From Candidatus Iainarchaeum sp. (lineage in GTDB: Archaea > Iainarchaeota > Iainarchaeia > Iainarchaeales > JAFGBZ01): a stretch of DNA of 55,133 nucleotides. Position 1 is the stretch's first letter. Every line of letters begins with the position of its first letter. Location: contig JAFGBZ010000021.1 in NCBI GenBank assembly GCA_016932875.1, forward strand, positions 1-55,133, read 5' to 3'. Below the pieces are notes generated by a model that saw nothing but the letters and a program-made list of their open reading frames with translations, was not told the DNA's origin and did not search any database. This document shows, in pieces, positions 36,479-45,402 of this stretch. A program made the translations under genes and the position numbers.

Positions 36479-36847
36479 ATGACTAACATTAAAAGCAAGA
36501 AACCTTCAAAGCAAAGAAAAAAAAGATTCACATCAAAACAACATGAAAAAGTAAAATTATACAGAGTCCATGTAAGCAAGGAACTGCAGAAAACAATTAA
36601 GAAAAAAACAATTGGACTGAAAAAAGAAGATAAAGTAAAAGTAATGCGCGGAGCACAGAAAGGAAAAACAGGAAAAGTAATGCGCATTAACAGAAATAAA
36701 GAACAAGTGTTTATTGAAAAAATTGTAAGAAAAAAATCAGATGGAACCGAAACAATGATACCAATTCATCCATCAAATTTATTATTATTAGAATCAAAAG
36801 ATGAAAAAAGCAAACCACAGCCAAAAAAAGAAGAAAAGGTGAAATAA
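36479..36847 (+). CDS. rpl24: Ribosomal protein uL24
   Basis: KOW motif KKEDKVKVMRGAQKGKTGKVMRI...IPIHPSNLLLL. Confidence 0.9.
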   Translation: MTNIKSKKPSKQRKKRFTSKQHEKVKLYRVHVSKELQKTIKKKTIGLKKEDKVKVMRGAQKGKTGKVMRINRNKEQVFIEKIVRKKSDGTETMIPIHPSNLLLLESKDEKSKPQPKKEEKVK

Positions 36848-37585
36848 ATGGCAAAAAAAGGAAGCAATAAAAAACAAAAAACAATGTCTGCAACAAAAGC
36901 AAGAGCAATTGAAAGAAAAACAACAGTATGGACATTAAAAGATGTTCCTGGAGCGCACAACAAAAATAATTCAGTGCCATTGGCTTTTGCATTAAGAAAT
37001 CTTCTTAAAATTGCTGAAACAGTAAAAGAAGCAAAAAAAATCCTTTCACAAAGAAAAATAAAAGTAAACGGAATAATAAGAACTGAAAAAAGATTTGCTT
37101 TAGGTTTATTTGATTTGGTTGAAATTGAAACAGAAAAAGAAAAAAAATATTACAGGGTAATGCTTGACTCAAAAAGAAGAATAAAATTAATTGAAACAAC
37201 AGGAAAAGAACAAGCAAAAATATGCAGAATTGAAAAAAAGAAAACAATTAAAGGAAAAAAAACACAGTACACATTCAATGATGGTTCAACACACACAGAT
37301 GAAAAACTTAAATTAAAAGTAGGAGACAGCGTGAAAATAGAACTGCCTTCAAAAAAAATACTTGAAAAAATTGAATTAAAGGAAGGAAATACTGCATTTA
37401 TTTTAAGCGGAAAACACACTGCAAAAATAGTTAAAATAAAATCAATACTTCCTGGAACCCAGCAAAGAGATAAAATCGCTGAATTTGATTTTAAAGATAA
37501 AACATTCAGAACAAAAACAGAAAATATTTTCATAATCGGAAAAGAAAAAGCAGACAAAACACTGGAGCTGAATGAAAATGAGTAA
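36848..37585 (+). CDS. rps4e: Ribosomal protein eS4
   Basis: VPGAHNKNNSVPLAFALRNLLKIAETVKEAKKIL...IKVNG. Confidence 0.9.
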   Translation: MAKKGSNKKQKTMSATKARAIERKTTVWTLKDVPGAHNKNNSVPLAFALRNLLKIAETVKEAKKILSQRKIKVNGIIRTEKRFALGLFDLVEIETEKEKKYYRVMLDSKRRIKLIETTGKEQAKICRIEKKKTIKGKKTQYTFNDGSTHTDEKLKLKVGDSVKIELPSKKILEKIELKEGNTAFILSGKHTAKIVKIKSILPGTQQRDKIAEFDFKDKTFRTKTENIFIIGKEKADKTLELNENE

Positions 37586-38084
37586 AATGAATGAAGTGCT
37601 TATAGAAAAAGTAACAGTCAACATGGGAGTAGGACAGCCAGGAGAAGAGCTTGACAAAGCAATTGAAATACTTCAATTGATTACAGGAGCTAAACCAGTT
37701 AAAACAAAAGCAAAAATAAAACAACCAGGATGGGGAATAAGAGAAGGACTTACAATTGGCACTAAAGTTACGTTAAGAAAAGAAAAAGCAAAAGATTTTC
37801 TTAAAAGAGCACTTGAAGCAAAAGAAAAAAAATTAAATGAAAAAAATTTTGACAGAAGCGGAAATTTCGGCTTCGGAATAAGAGAATACATTGATTTGCC
37901 AGGAATAAAATATGATCCTTCAAAAGGAATCCGCGGATTTGATGTATTAGTTACACTTAAAAAACCAGGATACAGAGTAAAAATAAGAAAAATAAACAAG
38001 AAAAAAATTCCAGCAAGACACCGCGTAACAAAAGAAGATGCAATTGAATTTATGAAAAAAAATTTCGGGGTTGAAATAAAATGA
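37572..38084 (+). CDS. rpl5: Ribosomal protein uL5
   Basis: IEKVTVNMGVGQPGEELDKA and GNFGFGIREYIDLPGIKYDP. The start may be ATG 37578 or 37587. Confidence 0.9.
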   Translation: MKMSKMNEVLIEKVTVNMGVGQPGEELDKAIEILQLITGAKPVKTKAKIKQPGWGIREGLTIGTKVTLRKEKAKDFLKRALEAKEKKLNEKNFDRSGNFGFGIREYIDLPGIKYDPSKGIRGFDVLVTLKKPGYRVKIRKINKKKIPARHRVTKEDAIEFMKKNFGVEIK

Positions 38085-38245
38085 CCGGAAAAGGAACAAA
38101 ACAGGAAAAGAAAAGAAAACGCGACAAAAGAGAATGCACCAGATGCGGAGCAAATGACGCGGTAATGAGCAGATATAATTTGAATTTATGCAGGCGCTGC
38201 TTCAAAGAAGTGGCTCCAATGCTTGGATTTAAGAAAAATGATTAA
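38081..38245 (+). CDS. rps14: Ribosomal protein uS14 (zinc type), 54 aa; absent from the ORF track
   Basis: Hand translation gives MTGKGTKQEKKRKRDKRECTRCGANDAVMSRYNLNLCRRCFKEVAPMLGFKKND, with CxxC...CxxC. ATGA overlap with rpl5. Canonical slot between L5 and S8. Confidence 0.88.
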   Translation: MTGKGTKQEKKRKRDKRECTRCGANDAVMSRYNLNLCRRCFKEVAPMLGFKKND

Positions 38246-38257
38246 GGAGTTGAAAAA

Positions 38258-38647
38258 ATGAGCATGGACCCTATTGCAGACGGACTCATAAACCTGAAAA
38301 ACCAGGAAAGCGCGGCAAAAAAACAATGCAGTGTCAGGCCGGCATCAAAGTTATTAGGAGAAATATTCAGGGTAATGCAGGAAACAGGATTCATTACAGC
38401 ATATGAATTTGTTGAAGACCAAAGAGAAGGAACATATAAAGTAAAAATCGGCGGAAAAATAAATTCATGCAAAGCAATCAAACCAAGATATGCAGTAAAA
38501 AAAGACGGGTTTGAAAAATATGAAAAAAGATATTTGCCTGCAAAAGATGTTGGATTATTGATTGTTTCAACTCCAAAAGGAGTAATGAGCCATATTCAGG
38601 CAAAAAAACAAAATATTGGCGGAAGGCTTTTAGCCTATGTTTATTAA
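38258..38647 (+). CDS. rps8: Ribosomal protein uS8
   Basis: MDPIADGLINLKNQESAAKK...GGRLLAYVY. Confidence 0.92.
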   Translation: MSMDPIADGLINLKNQESAAKKQCSVRPASKLLGEIFRVMQETGFITAYEFVEDQREGTYKVKIGGKINSCKAIKPRYAVKKDGFEKYEKRYLPAKDVGLLIVSTPKGVMSHIQAKKQNIGGRLLAYVY

Positions 38648-38657
38648 GGTGAAATAA

Positions 38658-39200
38658 GTGAAAACAGAAAAAGAAATCATAATAGAACTTCCTTCAGGAG
38701 TAACCGGAGAAATACAGGATAAAAAAGTAACTCTTACAGGAAACGGAAAAACTGTTTCAAAACAGTTCAAAGCAACAACCATTCAGTTAAGCATTGAAGG
38801 AAACAAAGTAAAAATTTATTCAGCAATCACCAACAGAAAAATAAATGCAGTAATGAATGCATTTGACTCACATATAAAAAATTTAATCAACGGACTAAAA
38901 GAAGAATATGTTTACAAAATGGAAATAGTTTACTCTCACTTTCCAATGACTGTTGCAATAAAAGGAAAAGAAGTTGAAATAAATAATCTTGCAGGAGCAA
39001 AAAGTCCAAGAAAAGCAAAAATAAAAGGAAATACTAAAGTTGAAGTAAAAGGAAAAGATGTAACAGTTAAAGGAAACAATAAAGAAGAAACCGGTCAGAC
39101 AGCAGCCAATATTGAAAATGCTACAAAAATAAGAGGCCGAGACATAAGGGTTTTCCAAGATGGAATATACATTACTGAAAAACCAACAAAGGCAGTGTGA
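38658..39200 (+). CDS. rpl6: Ribosomal protein uL6
   Basis: ELPSGVTGEIQDKKVTLTGNGKTVSKQF and YSHFPMTV. GTG start behind GGTGAAATAA. Confidence 0.9.
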   Translation: MKTEKEIIIELPSGVTGEIQDKKVTLTGNGKTVSKQFKATTIQLSIEGNKVKIYSAITNRKINAVMNAFDSHIKNLINGLKEEYVYKMEIVYSHFPMTVAIKGKEVEINNLAGAKSPRKAKIKGNTKVEVKGKDVTVKGNNKEETGQTAANIENATKIRGRDIRVFQDGIYITEKPTKAV

Positions 39201-39204
39201 TTAA

Positions 39205-39696
39205 ATGAATAAAGAAACAAAAAAACCAGCAAAAAAAGAAGCAAAAACAGTTCAGAAAAAAGAGGCAAAGCCAGCAGTAAAAAAACAAAAAACAATTAAA
39301 GCTAAAAGCACTGCAAAAAAAAGCATTGAAACAAAAAAAATTCAATTAAAATTAAAGAAAAAATCAAAACCAGTTTTCAGAGGAAGATTTGGAAAAAGAG
39401 GAAGCGCTAGAAGCATTAAAAAAGACAAATGGAATAAATGGAGAGTTCCAAGAGGAATAGATGTAGTGCTTAATAAAGACAGCGGAAAAATTCCTTCAAT
39501 AGGATTTCGTACTCCAAAAAAATTCCGCGGACTGCATCCTTCAGGATACAAAGAAATAATTGTAAGAAATGTAAAAGAACTTGAAGCAATAAAAGAAGGA
39601 TTTGCAGCAAAAATTTATTCAAACACAGGAAAAAAGAAAAGAAAGGAAATAACAAAAAAAGCGCAGGAAAAAGGAATAATTGTTTTAAACAGGTGA
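39205..39696 (+). CDS. rpl32e: Ribosomal protein eL32 with a Lys-rich N-terminal extension of about 55 aa
   Basis: KWRVPRGIDVVLNKDSGKIPSIGFRTPKKFRGLHPSGY. Confidence 0.88.
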   Translation: MNKETKKPAKKEAKTVQKKEAKPAVKKQKTIKAKSTAKKSIETKKIQLKLKKKSKPVFRGRFGKRGSARSIKKDKWNKWRVPRGIDVVLNKDSGKIPSIGFRTPKKFRGLHPSGYKEIIVRNVKELEAIKEGFAAKIYSNTGKKKRKEITKKAQEKGIIVLNR

Positions 39697-39700
39697 AGAA

Positions 39701-40144
39701 ATGAATTTAACACAAATAAAAAGAATTGCAGCACAAATCCTTAAAGTCGGAGAAACAAAAATATGGATTAATCCTGAAAAAACAAAAGAAGCAAAGGAAG
39801 CAATGACAAAAGAAGATGTGCGCGGATTAATTAAAGAAAAAATTGTTTTAAAAAGAAAAGAAAACCTGCAGTCAAGAGGAGCTGCAAGAATACTTAAAGA
39901 AAAGAAAAAGAAAGGAAGAAAAAAAGGAAAAGGAAAAAAAACAGGAACAAAAAAAGCACGCGCAAAGAAAAAAGAATCATGGATGAAAAACGTGCGAGCT
40001 CAAAGAAAAACACTTAAAAAAATGAAAGAAGAAGGAATCAAAACAGAAATTCCTTACAGAGAAATATACAATAGAATTAAAGGCGGATATTTTAAAGGAA
40101 AAAAATATATTTCTGCTCTTGAAAAAGGAGGGAAAAAGAAATGA
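39701..40144 (+). CDS. rpl19e: Ribosomal protein eL19
   Basis: QIKRIAAQILKVGETKIWINPE...EDVRGLIKEKIV. Confidence 0.9.
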   Translation: MNLTQIKRIAAQILKVGETKIWINPEKTKEAKEAMTKEDVRGLIKEKIVLKRKENLQSRGAARILKEKKKKGRKKGKGKKTGTKKARAKKKESWMKNVRAQRKTLKKMKEEGIKTEIPYREIYNRIKGGYFKGKKYISALEKGGKKK

Positions 40145-40662
40145 AAGCAAGCTGTACTTACACTGTACCATTCAGAAGAAGAAAAGAACAGAAAACCAAT
40201 TACAAAAAAAGACTGGCGGCAGTCAAATCAGGAAAACCCCGCCTTGTAGTAAGAGGTTCAAATAAAAGTTTCATTGCAGAAATAATTGTTTACAAACCAG
40301 AAGGAGACAATGTAATCTGCTACACACATTCAAATGAATTAAAAAAATTCGGATGGAAACATCATAACGGAAACATTCCGGCAGCATATTTAACTGGATT
40401 TTTGTGCGCAAAAAAAGGAATGCAGAAAAAAATAGAAGAAGCAATACTTGACATTGGATTAACAACTCCAGTGCATGGTTCAAGAGTTTTTTCAGCATTA
40501 AAAGGCGCGATAGATGCAGGAATTAAAATAAATGCAGAAGAAGTTTACCCTAAAGAAGAAAGAATTAAAGGAAAACACTGCTCTGCAGACCTTGAAAAAG
40601 ATTTTGAAACAGTAAAAAAACAGATTCAAGAAAAAACCGGAACGGTGAAATCAAATGAATAA
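40141..40662 (+). CDS. rpl18: Ribosomal protein uL18
   Basis: FRRRKEQKTNYKKRL...PRLVVRGSNKSFIAEII. Confidence 0.9.
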   Translation: MKASCTYTVPFRRRKEQKTNYKKRLAAVKSGKPRLVVRGSNKSFIAEIIVYKPEGDNVICYTHSNELKKFGWKHHNGNIPAAYLTGFLCAKKGMQKKIEEAILDIGLTTPVHGSRVFSALKGAIDAGIKINAEEVYPKEERIKGKHCSADLEKDFETVKKQIQEKTGTVKSNE

Positions 40663-41356
40663 ACGCGAAAATAGAAATAAAAGAGAAGAAAGAAAAAACC
40701 GCAAAGAAGAAGAAAAAAAACAGACAATTGAAAACTGGGTTCCTCAAACTTCGCTTGGAAAAAAAGTAAAAAACGGAGAAATAGAAACACTTGAAGAAAT
40801 ATTTAACAGAGGAGAAAAAATACTTGAACCAGAAATTGTTGACATGCTTGTACCAGAATTAGAAGAAAAACTAGTTGATTTCACTAAAACAACAAAAGTA
40901 AGAAGAGCAGGAAGAATGTTTTCATTCAGAGCAGCAGTTCTTGTAGGAGACTCAAAACAGTTTGTAGGTTTTGGAACAGCAAAAGACAGAGAAAGATGGC
41001 CTGCAATAAAAAAAGCAACCAGACAGGCAAAATTAAATTTATTTAAAATAAGAAAAGGAAACGGTTCATGGGAATCAACCGCTTCAACAGGAACATCAAT
41101 TCCATTTAAAGTAAACGGAAAAAGCTCTTCAGTAAGAGTTGAATTAATTCCTGCACCAGAAGGAACAGGATTAGTATGCGGAGAAAAAATAAAGGATGTA
41201 ATGAAATTCTGCGGAATTAAAGATATCTGGAGCAAAAGTGCAGGAAACACCAGCTCAACACTTGATTTCATTAAAGCAGGAATTGATGCATTAAATAAAA
41301 CAACCCGCATGAAAATATCAACACAATTAAAAGAAAAAATGGAAAGGAGTAAATGA
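40655..41356 (+). CDS. rps5: Ribosomal protein uS5
   Basis: WVPQTSLGKKVKNGEI... and RAGRMFSFRAAVLVGD...GFGTAKDRE. Confidence 0.92.
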   Translation: MNKRENRNKREERKNRKEEEKKQTIENWVPQTSLGKKVKNGEIETLEEIFNRGEKILEPEIVDMLVPELEEKLVDFTKTTKVRRAGRMFSFRAAVLVGDSKQFVGFGTAKDRERWPAIKKATRQAKLNLFKIRKGNGSWESTASTGTSIPFKVNGKSSSVRVELIPAPEGTGLVCGEKIKDVMKFCGIKDIWSKSAGNTSSTLDFIKAGIDALNKTTRMKISTQLKEKMERSK

Positions 41357-41820
41357 AAATGCTTGCAGTAATAAAAGTAAGAGGAGTAATAGGCGCTTCA
41401 TATGACTTAAAGCACACGCTTAATCTTATTAATCTGACTAAAACAAATCATTTGGTTTTAATTCAGGATACAGCACAAATGAAAAAAATGGTGCATAAAG
41501 TAAAAGACTATGTTACATATGGAGAAATAAGCAAAGAAATGCTTGCAAAAGTTCTTGAAAAAAAAGCACGAATAACTGAAACAAAAAAACTTACTTTAGA
41601 AGCATTAAAAGAAATGAAAATTAAAGATTACAATGAATTAGCAGAACAATTAATTTCAGGAAAAACAACATTGAAAAAACTTGGAATAAAAAGAGTTTTC
41701 AGATTAAAAGCACCAAGAAAAGGATATGGAAGACAAGGAACAGGAAAACCATTCAAAATAGGCGGAGCTCTTGGATACAGAGCAACAGCAATAGATGATT
41801 TAATTAAAAAAATGATTTAA
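41353..41820 (+). CDS. rpl30: Ribosomal protein uL30
   Basis: MLAVIKVRGVIGASYDLKHTLNLINL. The start may be ATG 41359. Confidence 0.88.
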   Translation: MKMLAVIKVRGVIGASYDLKHTLNLINLTKTNHLVLIQDTAQMKKMVHKVKDYVTYGEISKEMLAKVLEKKARITETKKLTLEALKEMKIKDYNELAEQLISGKTTLKKLGIKRVFRLKAPRKGYGRQGTGKPFKIGGALGYRATAIDDLIKKMI

Positions 41821-41829
41821 AGTGATAAA

Positions 41830-42300
41830 ATGGATTCAAAAAGAAAGAAAAAAGAAAAAATGCGCGGGCACAGAAGCCATGGAAAAGGAAACACTAAAAA
41901 CAAAAGAGGAGCAGGATGCAGAGGCGGACGCGGAAAAGGCGGTTCAAAAAAACATAAATTCACAAAATATTACATGGAATTCGGCGCAAAAAGAACACTT
42001 AAAGCAAAACCACAAGGAAAAGCAATAAATTTAAGCGAAATAAATTTCTTACTTGAAAAAATACAAGAAAAAGAAAACGGATTTATTGTATTTGACGGAA
42101 TAAAAACAGGTTATTCAAAAATACTTTCAAAAGGAACATTAAATCAAAAAGTTTTATTCAAAAATGTAACAGCTTCAAAAAAAGCAATTGAAAAAATAAA
42201 TGAATCAGACTCAAAAATACAAGGATTAGAAGAAACTGAATTTGCAGAAGACGAAGAATTTGAAGCAGAAGAAGAAACTGATAAAAGGGAGGAAGAATAA
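41830..42300 (+). CDS. rpl15: Ribosomal protein uL15 with an acidic C-terminal tail
   Basis: MRGHRSHGKGNTKNKRGAGCRGGRGKGG. Confidence 0.9.
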   Translation: MDSKRKKKEKMRGHRSHGKGNTKNKRGAGCRGGRGKGGSKKHKFTKYYMEFGAKRTLKAKPQGKAINLSEINFLLEKIQEKENGFIVFDGIKTGYSKILSKGTLNQKVLFKNVTASKKAIEKINESDSKIQGLEETEFAEDEEFEAEEETDKREEE

Positions 42301-43731
42301 TTGGGTTTCCTTGATTTATTTGTTCCCTTATACAGGATGCTTCCGACAGTAAAACAAGCGGAAAAACAGCCAACATTAAACCAGAAATTAATTACAAGCG
42401 CTACAGTGCTTATATTATTCTTTATAATGGGAGCAATCCCAGTAATTGGTTTAAGTACTTCAAACGCAGGATACTTGCAACAATTACAAGTAATTCTTGC
42501 AAGCAATATTGGAACAATTATTTCAGTAGGAATAGGTCCAATTGTATTGGCTTCAATTATACTTCAATTACTTGTAGGCGGAGGATTACTTAACCTTGAT
42601 TTAACAAACCAAGAAGACAAAGCAAAATACATGGCAGTGCAAAAAATATTTGCAATAGTTTTATGTTTTTTTGAAGCAGCAGCATACTCAATGACAGGAA
42701 TGCTTATTCCAGCAGAAGGAATGCTTATATGGGTTATACTGCAGGTTGCATTTGGTTCAATTTTATTAATGTATTTAGATGAAATTGTATCAAAATGGGG
42801 AATTGGTTCAGGAATAAGTTTATTCATTGCAGGCGGAGTAGCACAAAATGTTTTATGGATAGTATTCAATCCATTTGATGCAACAAAAGCACTTGCATTC
42901 CTTGGAGGACAAGGATTACTTTTCTTATTTATTCAAAACATTGGCTCAAATTTATTAAGCACAATTAATTTATACCTGCTTCCAATAATTTTCACAATAC
43001 TTGTTTTTTTAGTAGTTGTTTTTGCAGAAGGAATGCATGTAAATATTCCAATTACAATGGGGCAAAGAGGCACTGGAGGAAGATTTCCAGTAAAATTCCT
43101 TTATGTTTCAAACATCCCAGTAATTCTTGCAGCAGCATTATTCGCAAATGTAAAACTCTGGGCATCACTTGCAAAAGACATTCCATTCATCGGAACAATT
43201 CTTGACAGAGTTTCAACACTAGTAATAGCACCATATGGAATAAGAGAAACAATGATAAGCCAACTGCTTGCAACAAACCCAATAACTCTTGCAATAAATA
43301 TAGGAAATGAAATAATCCAAAGCTTTATGAGTCTGCAATTAATTGGATTAGGCGGAGAAGTAATTCATGCAATATTTTATTTAATTATTTTAGTAGCAAC
43401 ATGTGCAGTATTTGGAAAATTCTGGGTTGAAATGGCAGGACAAGGACCAGAAGCAGTTGCAAAACAATTGCAGTCAAGCGGAATGTATATTCCTGGATTC
43501 AGAAGAGATCCAAGAATAATCAGAAAAGTATTAGATAAATATATTCCTCCAATAACAATTCTTGGTTCAATTTTTGTTGGATTGCTTGCAGGATTTGCTG
43601 ACTTAACAGGAGCAGTAGGTTCAGGAACAGGAATTTTATTAACAGTAGGAATAGTTTACAGATTATATGAAGAACTGGCAAAAGCCCAGTTAAGCGAAAC
43701 AAACCCATTGCTTGCAAAGCTTTTAGGGTAG
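42301..43731 (+). CDS. secY: Preprotein translocase subunit SecY
   Basis: 10-TM pattern, LPTVKQAEKQPTLNQKL, and GISLFIAGGV. The TTG start directly follows the rpl15 stop. Confidence 0.93.
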   Translation: MGFLDLFVPLYRMLPTVKQAEKQPTLNQKLITSATVLILFFIMGAIPVIGLSTSNAGYLQQLQVILASNIGTIISVGIGPIVLASIILQLLVGGGLLNLDLTNQEDKAKYMAVQKIFAIVLCFFEAAAYSMTGMLIPAEGMLIWVILQVAFGSILLMYLDEIVSKWGIGSGISLFIAGGVAQNVLWIVFNPFDATKALAFLGGQGLLFLFIQNIGSNLLSTINLYLLPIIFTILVFLVVVFAEGMHVNIPITMGQRGTGGRFPVKFLYVSNIPVILAAALFANVKLWASLAKDIPFIGTILDRVSTLVIAPYGIRETMISQLLATNPITLAINIGNEIIQSFMSLQLIGLGGEVIHAIFYLIILVATCAVFGKFWVEMAGQGPEAVAKQLQSSGMYIPGFRRDPRIIRKVLDKYIPPITILGSIFVGLLAGFADLTGAVGSGTGILLTVGIVYRLYEELAKAQLSETNPLLAKLLG

Positions 43732-43774
43732 GAATTTAAAGTAATGGGAAGAAAAAATATAAAAAGTGAAAAAA

Positions 43775-44257
43775 ATGGTGTTCATTGATTCAGGAATAGA
43801 AATAATTGGAATAACTTTGCTGTTAAGTGTTGCAAGTCAAATGCTTAGAAGAAAATATGCTCATCCAAAAGAAATGAAAATACAACAGGATAAAATGAAA
43901 GAAATAGGAAAAAAACAAAAAGAATTAATGGCTAAAACCGACGATAAATCAAAAAAAGAATCAGAAAATTTGCAGAATGAAATGTTTCAAATAATGGGAG
44001 AAATGAATGGAAAATTAATGAAAAATATGATGGTTTCAATGGTATTATTTCTTCCAGCATTATTTGTATTAAGAACATTCTATGAAGGAATTATTTTTGG
44101 TTTGCCAATACCAATTCCATGGTTTGGAGAAAACTGGAGCATTCAATTATACAATGAAACAAACTGGCTTGGATTATATGCATTGCTTTCATTAATATTT
44201 GGATTAATATTAAATATTATAATTAATATAATTGAAAAAAATAAGGAAGGGAAATAA
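43775..44257 (+). CDS. DUF106/EMC3-like membrane protein (archaeal Oxa1/YidC-superfamily candidate)
   Basis: TM helix, then a coiled-coil region (KMKEIGKKQKELMAK...LQNEMFQIMGEM), then further TM helices. Canonical position downstream of secY. ATG lies 5 nt after AGTGA. Confidence 0.65.
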   Translation: MVFIDSGIEIIGITLLLSVASQMLRRKYAHPKEMKIQQDKMKEIGKKQKELMAKTDDKSKKESENLQNEMFQIMGEMNGKLMKNMMVSMVLFLPALFVLRTFYEGIIFGLPIPIPWFGENWSIQLYNETNWLGLYALLSLIFGLILNIIINIIEKNKEGK

Positions 44258-44593
44258 ATGCCGACACCAGGAGAAAGAAGCAAGAAAAAAAAGTTTGTGC
44301 GCGTAATAAGCAAAACAAAAATAATGCATCCAAAGAAAAAAGCAAGCAAACACATTGACCCAATAACCGGAAAACCATTAGCAGGAGTGCCTCATGGAAA
44401 AAAAAGAGGAAAACTTAATATTGCAAAAACAAAAAAAAGACCTAGTGCAGTATTCGGCGGAGTATTAAGCGGAGAAAGCAGAAGAAAAGTAATTGAAGAA
44501 GCCGCAAAAGTAAAATTAGGATTAAAAAAAATTGAAGATGTTCCAATGAAAGAAAGAAAATTCGTGGAACAGGCAATGAAAAAAATAGAGTGA
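44258..44593 (+). CDS. rpl34e: Ribosomal protein eL34
   Basis: Basic 111-aa protein with ...DPITGKPLAGVPHGKK.... Canonical position. Confidence 0.75.
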   Translation: MPTPGERSKKKKFVRVISKTKIMHPKKKASKHIDPITGKPLAGVPHGKKRGKLNIAKTKKRPSAVFGGVLSGESRRKVIEEAAKVKLGLKKIEDVPMKERKFVEQAMKKIE

Positions 44594-44814
44594 TTAAAAT
44601 GGCAATAATGGAAGCAGGAAGAATATGCATTAAAACAACAGGAAAAGATGCAGGAAAAAAAATAGTAATACTTTCAGTTGAAAAAGAAAACAAAGCAGTA
44701 ATAGAAGGAATAGGAATTAAGAAAAAAAAATGCAATATAAGGCATTTGATTCCTACTGAAGAAAAAACAGAAGCAACAACAAAAGAAGGAATAATTAAAG
44801 CGCTTAAAAGGTGA
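44590..44814 (+). CDS. rpl14e: Ribosomal protein eL14
   Basis: EAGRICIKTTGKDAGKKIVILSV (KOW) and ...KKCNIRHLIPTEEK. Confidence 0.8.
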   Translation: MIKMAIMEAGRICIKTTGKDAGKKIVILSVEKENKAVIEGIGIKKKKCNIRHLIPTEEKTEATTKEGIIKALKR

Positions 44815-44819
44815 ATCAA

Positions 44820-45392
44820 TTGGGTAAAAATAAAGAAAAAGAAATGCAAGCAAAAAAAGAAGAAGGAAAAAAAGAAAAAAAAGCAGTGGTAAAAAAACCA
44901 ATGCTTGCAAAAAGAAAAGACATCGGAGCAGATGCAAGATATATTGTAAGAATAGTTAACAAAGATTTAGACGGAACAAAAACAATTAAAATGGCTTTAA
45001 CTGACATGAAAGGAATAGGAATAAGAACCGCAGACATGCTTGCAAAAGTATTTGAAAAAGAAACAGGAATAAAAAAAGAAGAATATTTAGGAAAAATACC
45101 TGAAGATAAAGATAAAGTGCTTGAAGAAATAGTATTAAATCCAGCAAAATATGGATTGCCTGAATGGACACTTAACAGAAGAAACGATGTTGAAACAGGA
45201 GAAAGCAAACACCTAGTAATGGGAGACCTTGATTTCACAAAAAGAAATGATTACCAAAGATTAAGTGAAGTAAAATCATACCGCGGAATAAGATTATCCT
45301 TAGGACTGACTGTAAGAGGGCAAAGAACCAAAAGCACTCACAGAGGAAAAGGCGGTACAGTCGGAGTACTTAAAAAGGATGCAAAAAAATAA
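44820..45392 (+). CDS. rps13: Ribosomal protein uS13 with a Lys-rich N-terminal extension
   Basis: RYIVRIVNKDLDGTKTIKMALTDMKGIGIRTADML. TTG 44820 lies 5 nt after GGTGA. The track start is GTG 44811. Confidence 0.9.
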   Translation: MGKNKEKEMQAKKEEGKKEKKAVVKKPMLAKRKDIGADARYIVRIVNKDLDGTKTIKMALTDMKGIGIRTADMLAKVFEKETGIKKEEYLGKIPEDKDKVLEEIVLNPAKYGLPEWTLNRRNDVETGESKHLVMGDLDFTKRNDYQRLSEVKSYRGIRLSLGLTVRGQRTKSTHRGKGGTVGVLKKDAKK

Positions 45393-45402
45393 GGTGAATT
45401 AA

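Noticed and set aside
41822-42028. 68-aa ORF overlapping the start of rpl15.
   Set aside because: It is an alternative frame of the Lys/Arg/Gly-rich uL15 N-terminus. The uL15 frame carries the conserved GRGKGG motif.
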